40,859 nt of DNA from IMG/VR virus record IMGVR_UViG_3300010034_000001, positions 1 through 40,859 of that record. One strand, written 5' to 3'. The DNA comes from a virus. Numbering within the stretch: position 1 is the first letter of the stretch; each line of letters starts with the position of its first letter. The notes below the pieces were generated by a model. The model did no database searches, had not been told where the DNA came from, and saw nothing but the letters and a program-made list of their open reading frames with translations. The translations under genes and the position numbers were made by a program. This document shows positions 40,228 to 40,859 of the stretch, in pieces.

Positions 40228-40859
40228 CTAAACAGCATTGTAAAACGAAGCTGTTTGTCGCCACATTAAACCGATGTCTTCACGATTATTTTGATGGGTA
40301 TCATCTTGTAGTGTATTATCACAACAACATTCCATTGTATCAAAACAACTACAATGTCCTAATGACATTTTAAAAAATGAAGGACAATTTTCTAGTGGAC
40401 GACTTTTATTATACTCAAAATGTAATTCTTCGCCTGTAAAGGTTTCAACCATCTTGCGAACATCTTTTGGCATATTCTCAATTTCTAATAGATTTAAAGA
40501 TAAGTTTTCTTCGTATCGTAAAAATTGATAACTTAGAAATAAACACAAGCCCAACATTGCAGCCACACTTAAGATAAGTGTTACTGGTTGAATGAGTAAA
40601 ATGCCAGCAGCGAGTAGGGCGATTGCGCCAGATACAGTTGCAGGAATTGAAATAGCAAGGCCAATGGCAAGCCATTTCTTTATATCAAAGTTATAAAATT
40701 TAGCTTGTCTTAAATCTTTCTTCGAAAAGTGAATAACACATTCATACGTTATTTTGTCTTCGTATTTTAAAGGACTGATGCCAATTACGGTTTTTAGTCC
40801 AATTAATTCGGCTGTTCGCTTAATGCTATGCTCTAACAGTTTTTTAATTGATTGTAAAG
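40228..40859 (-). CDS. Membrane protein, long paralog: C-terminal part with two TM helices and a Cys-rich tail
   Basis: The frame upstream of the track ORF (GTG at 40566) stays open to the window end (...TYECVIHFSKKDLRQAKF...). It has two hydrophobic helices, then a roughly 110-aa tail containing CPSFFKMSLGHCSCFDTMECCCD. Confidence 0.8.
   Translation of the reverse strand, partial: LQSIKKLLEHSIKRTAELIGLKTVIGISPLKYEDKITYECVIHFSKKDLRQAKFYNFDIKKWLAIGLAISIPATVSGAIALLAAGILLIQPVTLILSVAAMLGLCLFLSYQFLRYEENLSLNLLEIENMPKDVRKMVETFTGEELHFEYNKSRPLENCPSFFKMSLGHCSCFDTMECCCDNTLQDDTHQNNREDIGLMWRQTASFYNAV
40737..40859. repeat. Terminal direct repeat / circular-assembly overlap, identical to 1..123
   Basis: Same 123-nt sequence as 1..123. 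Confidence 0.95.

Noticed and set aside
1-40859. Integrated prophage with att sites or a transposable element
   Set aside because: The only terminal repeat is the 123-bp closure overlap, which lies inside a gene. No integrase, transposase or flanking host genes are present.

Overview
The window is a complete, circularly closed genome of a tailed phage. The first 123 bases (1..123) are identical to the last 123 (40737..40859), leaving about 40,736 unique bp, and one minus-strand gene reads in frame across this junction.

**Layout.** Two divergent transcription blocks start at 5851..5928.
- The leftward block (minus strand, 5826 down to 1, then wrapping to 40228) carries many small early ORFs, a lambda-type exo/bet recombination module, and two paralogous membrane proteins at its end.
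- The rightward block (plus strand, 5929..40227) carries, in order:
  - a single-chain tandem Cro/YdaS-like HTH protein;
  - about 1.7 kb that is poor in coding sequence and rich in repeats and hairpins (6796..8519);
  - a RusA resolvase;
  - a fibre/spike-like cluster (8949..14428);
  - moron-like cassettes;
  - a putative small terminase plus a three-paralog array;
  - the large terminase and three small membrane proteins;
  - a T7-supergroup-like podovirus morphogenesis module: small virion protein, gp8-type portal, scaffold, capsid, tubular A and B, internal core proteins, tail fibre;
  - a lysis cassette: M15 peptidase, 3-TM GTA-type holin, small membrane proteins.

**What is missing.** I could not recognise a phage RNA polymerase, DNA polymerase, primase, helicase, replication initiator, integrase or CI-type repressor. 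Several sigma70-like promoters suggest dependence on host transcription.

**Most unusual signals.**
- A 131-nt, 48-bp hairpin with two identical 11-nt bulges (7917..8047), whose arms also contain exact DnaA-box consensus sequences.
- A 758-bp coding desert with three tandem 33-34-nt repeats and a hairpin-dense tract (6796..7553).
- A promoter/terminator-bounded accessory island inserted between the scaffold and capsid genes (23504..24668), with interlocked divergent promoters and an anti-SD capsid leader.
- A 13-nt gene-junction motif reused at three consecutive early-gene boundaries.
- A duplicated membrane-protein pair spanning the circular junction.

**Limits.** All calls come from reading the sequence and remembered family motifs. 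No searches or folding programs were run.
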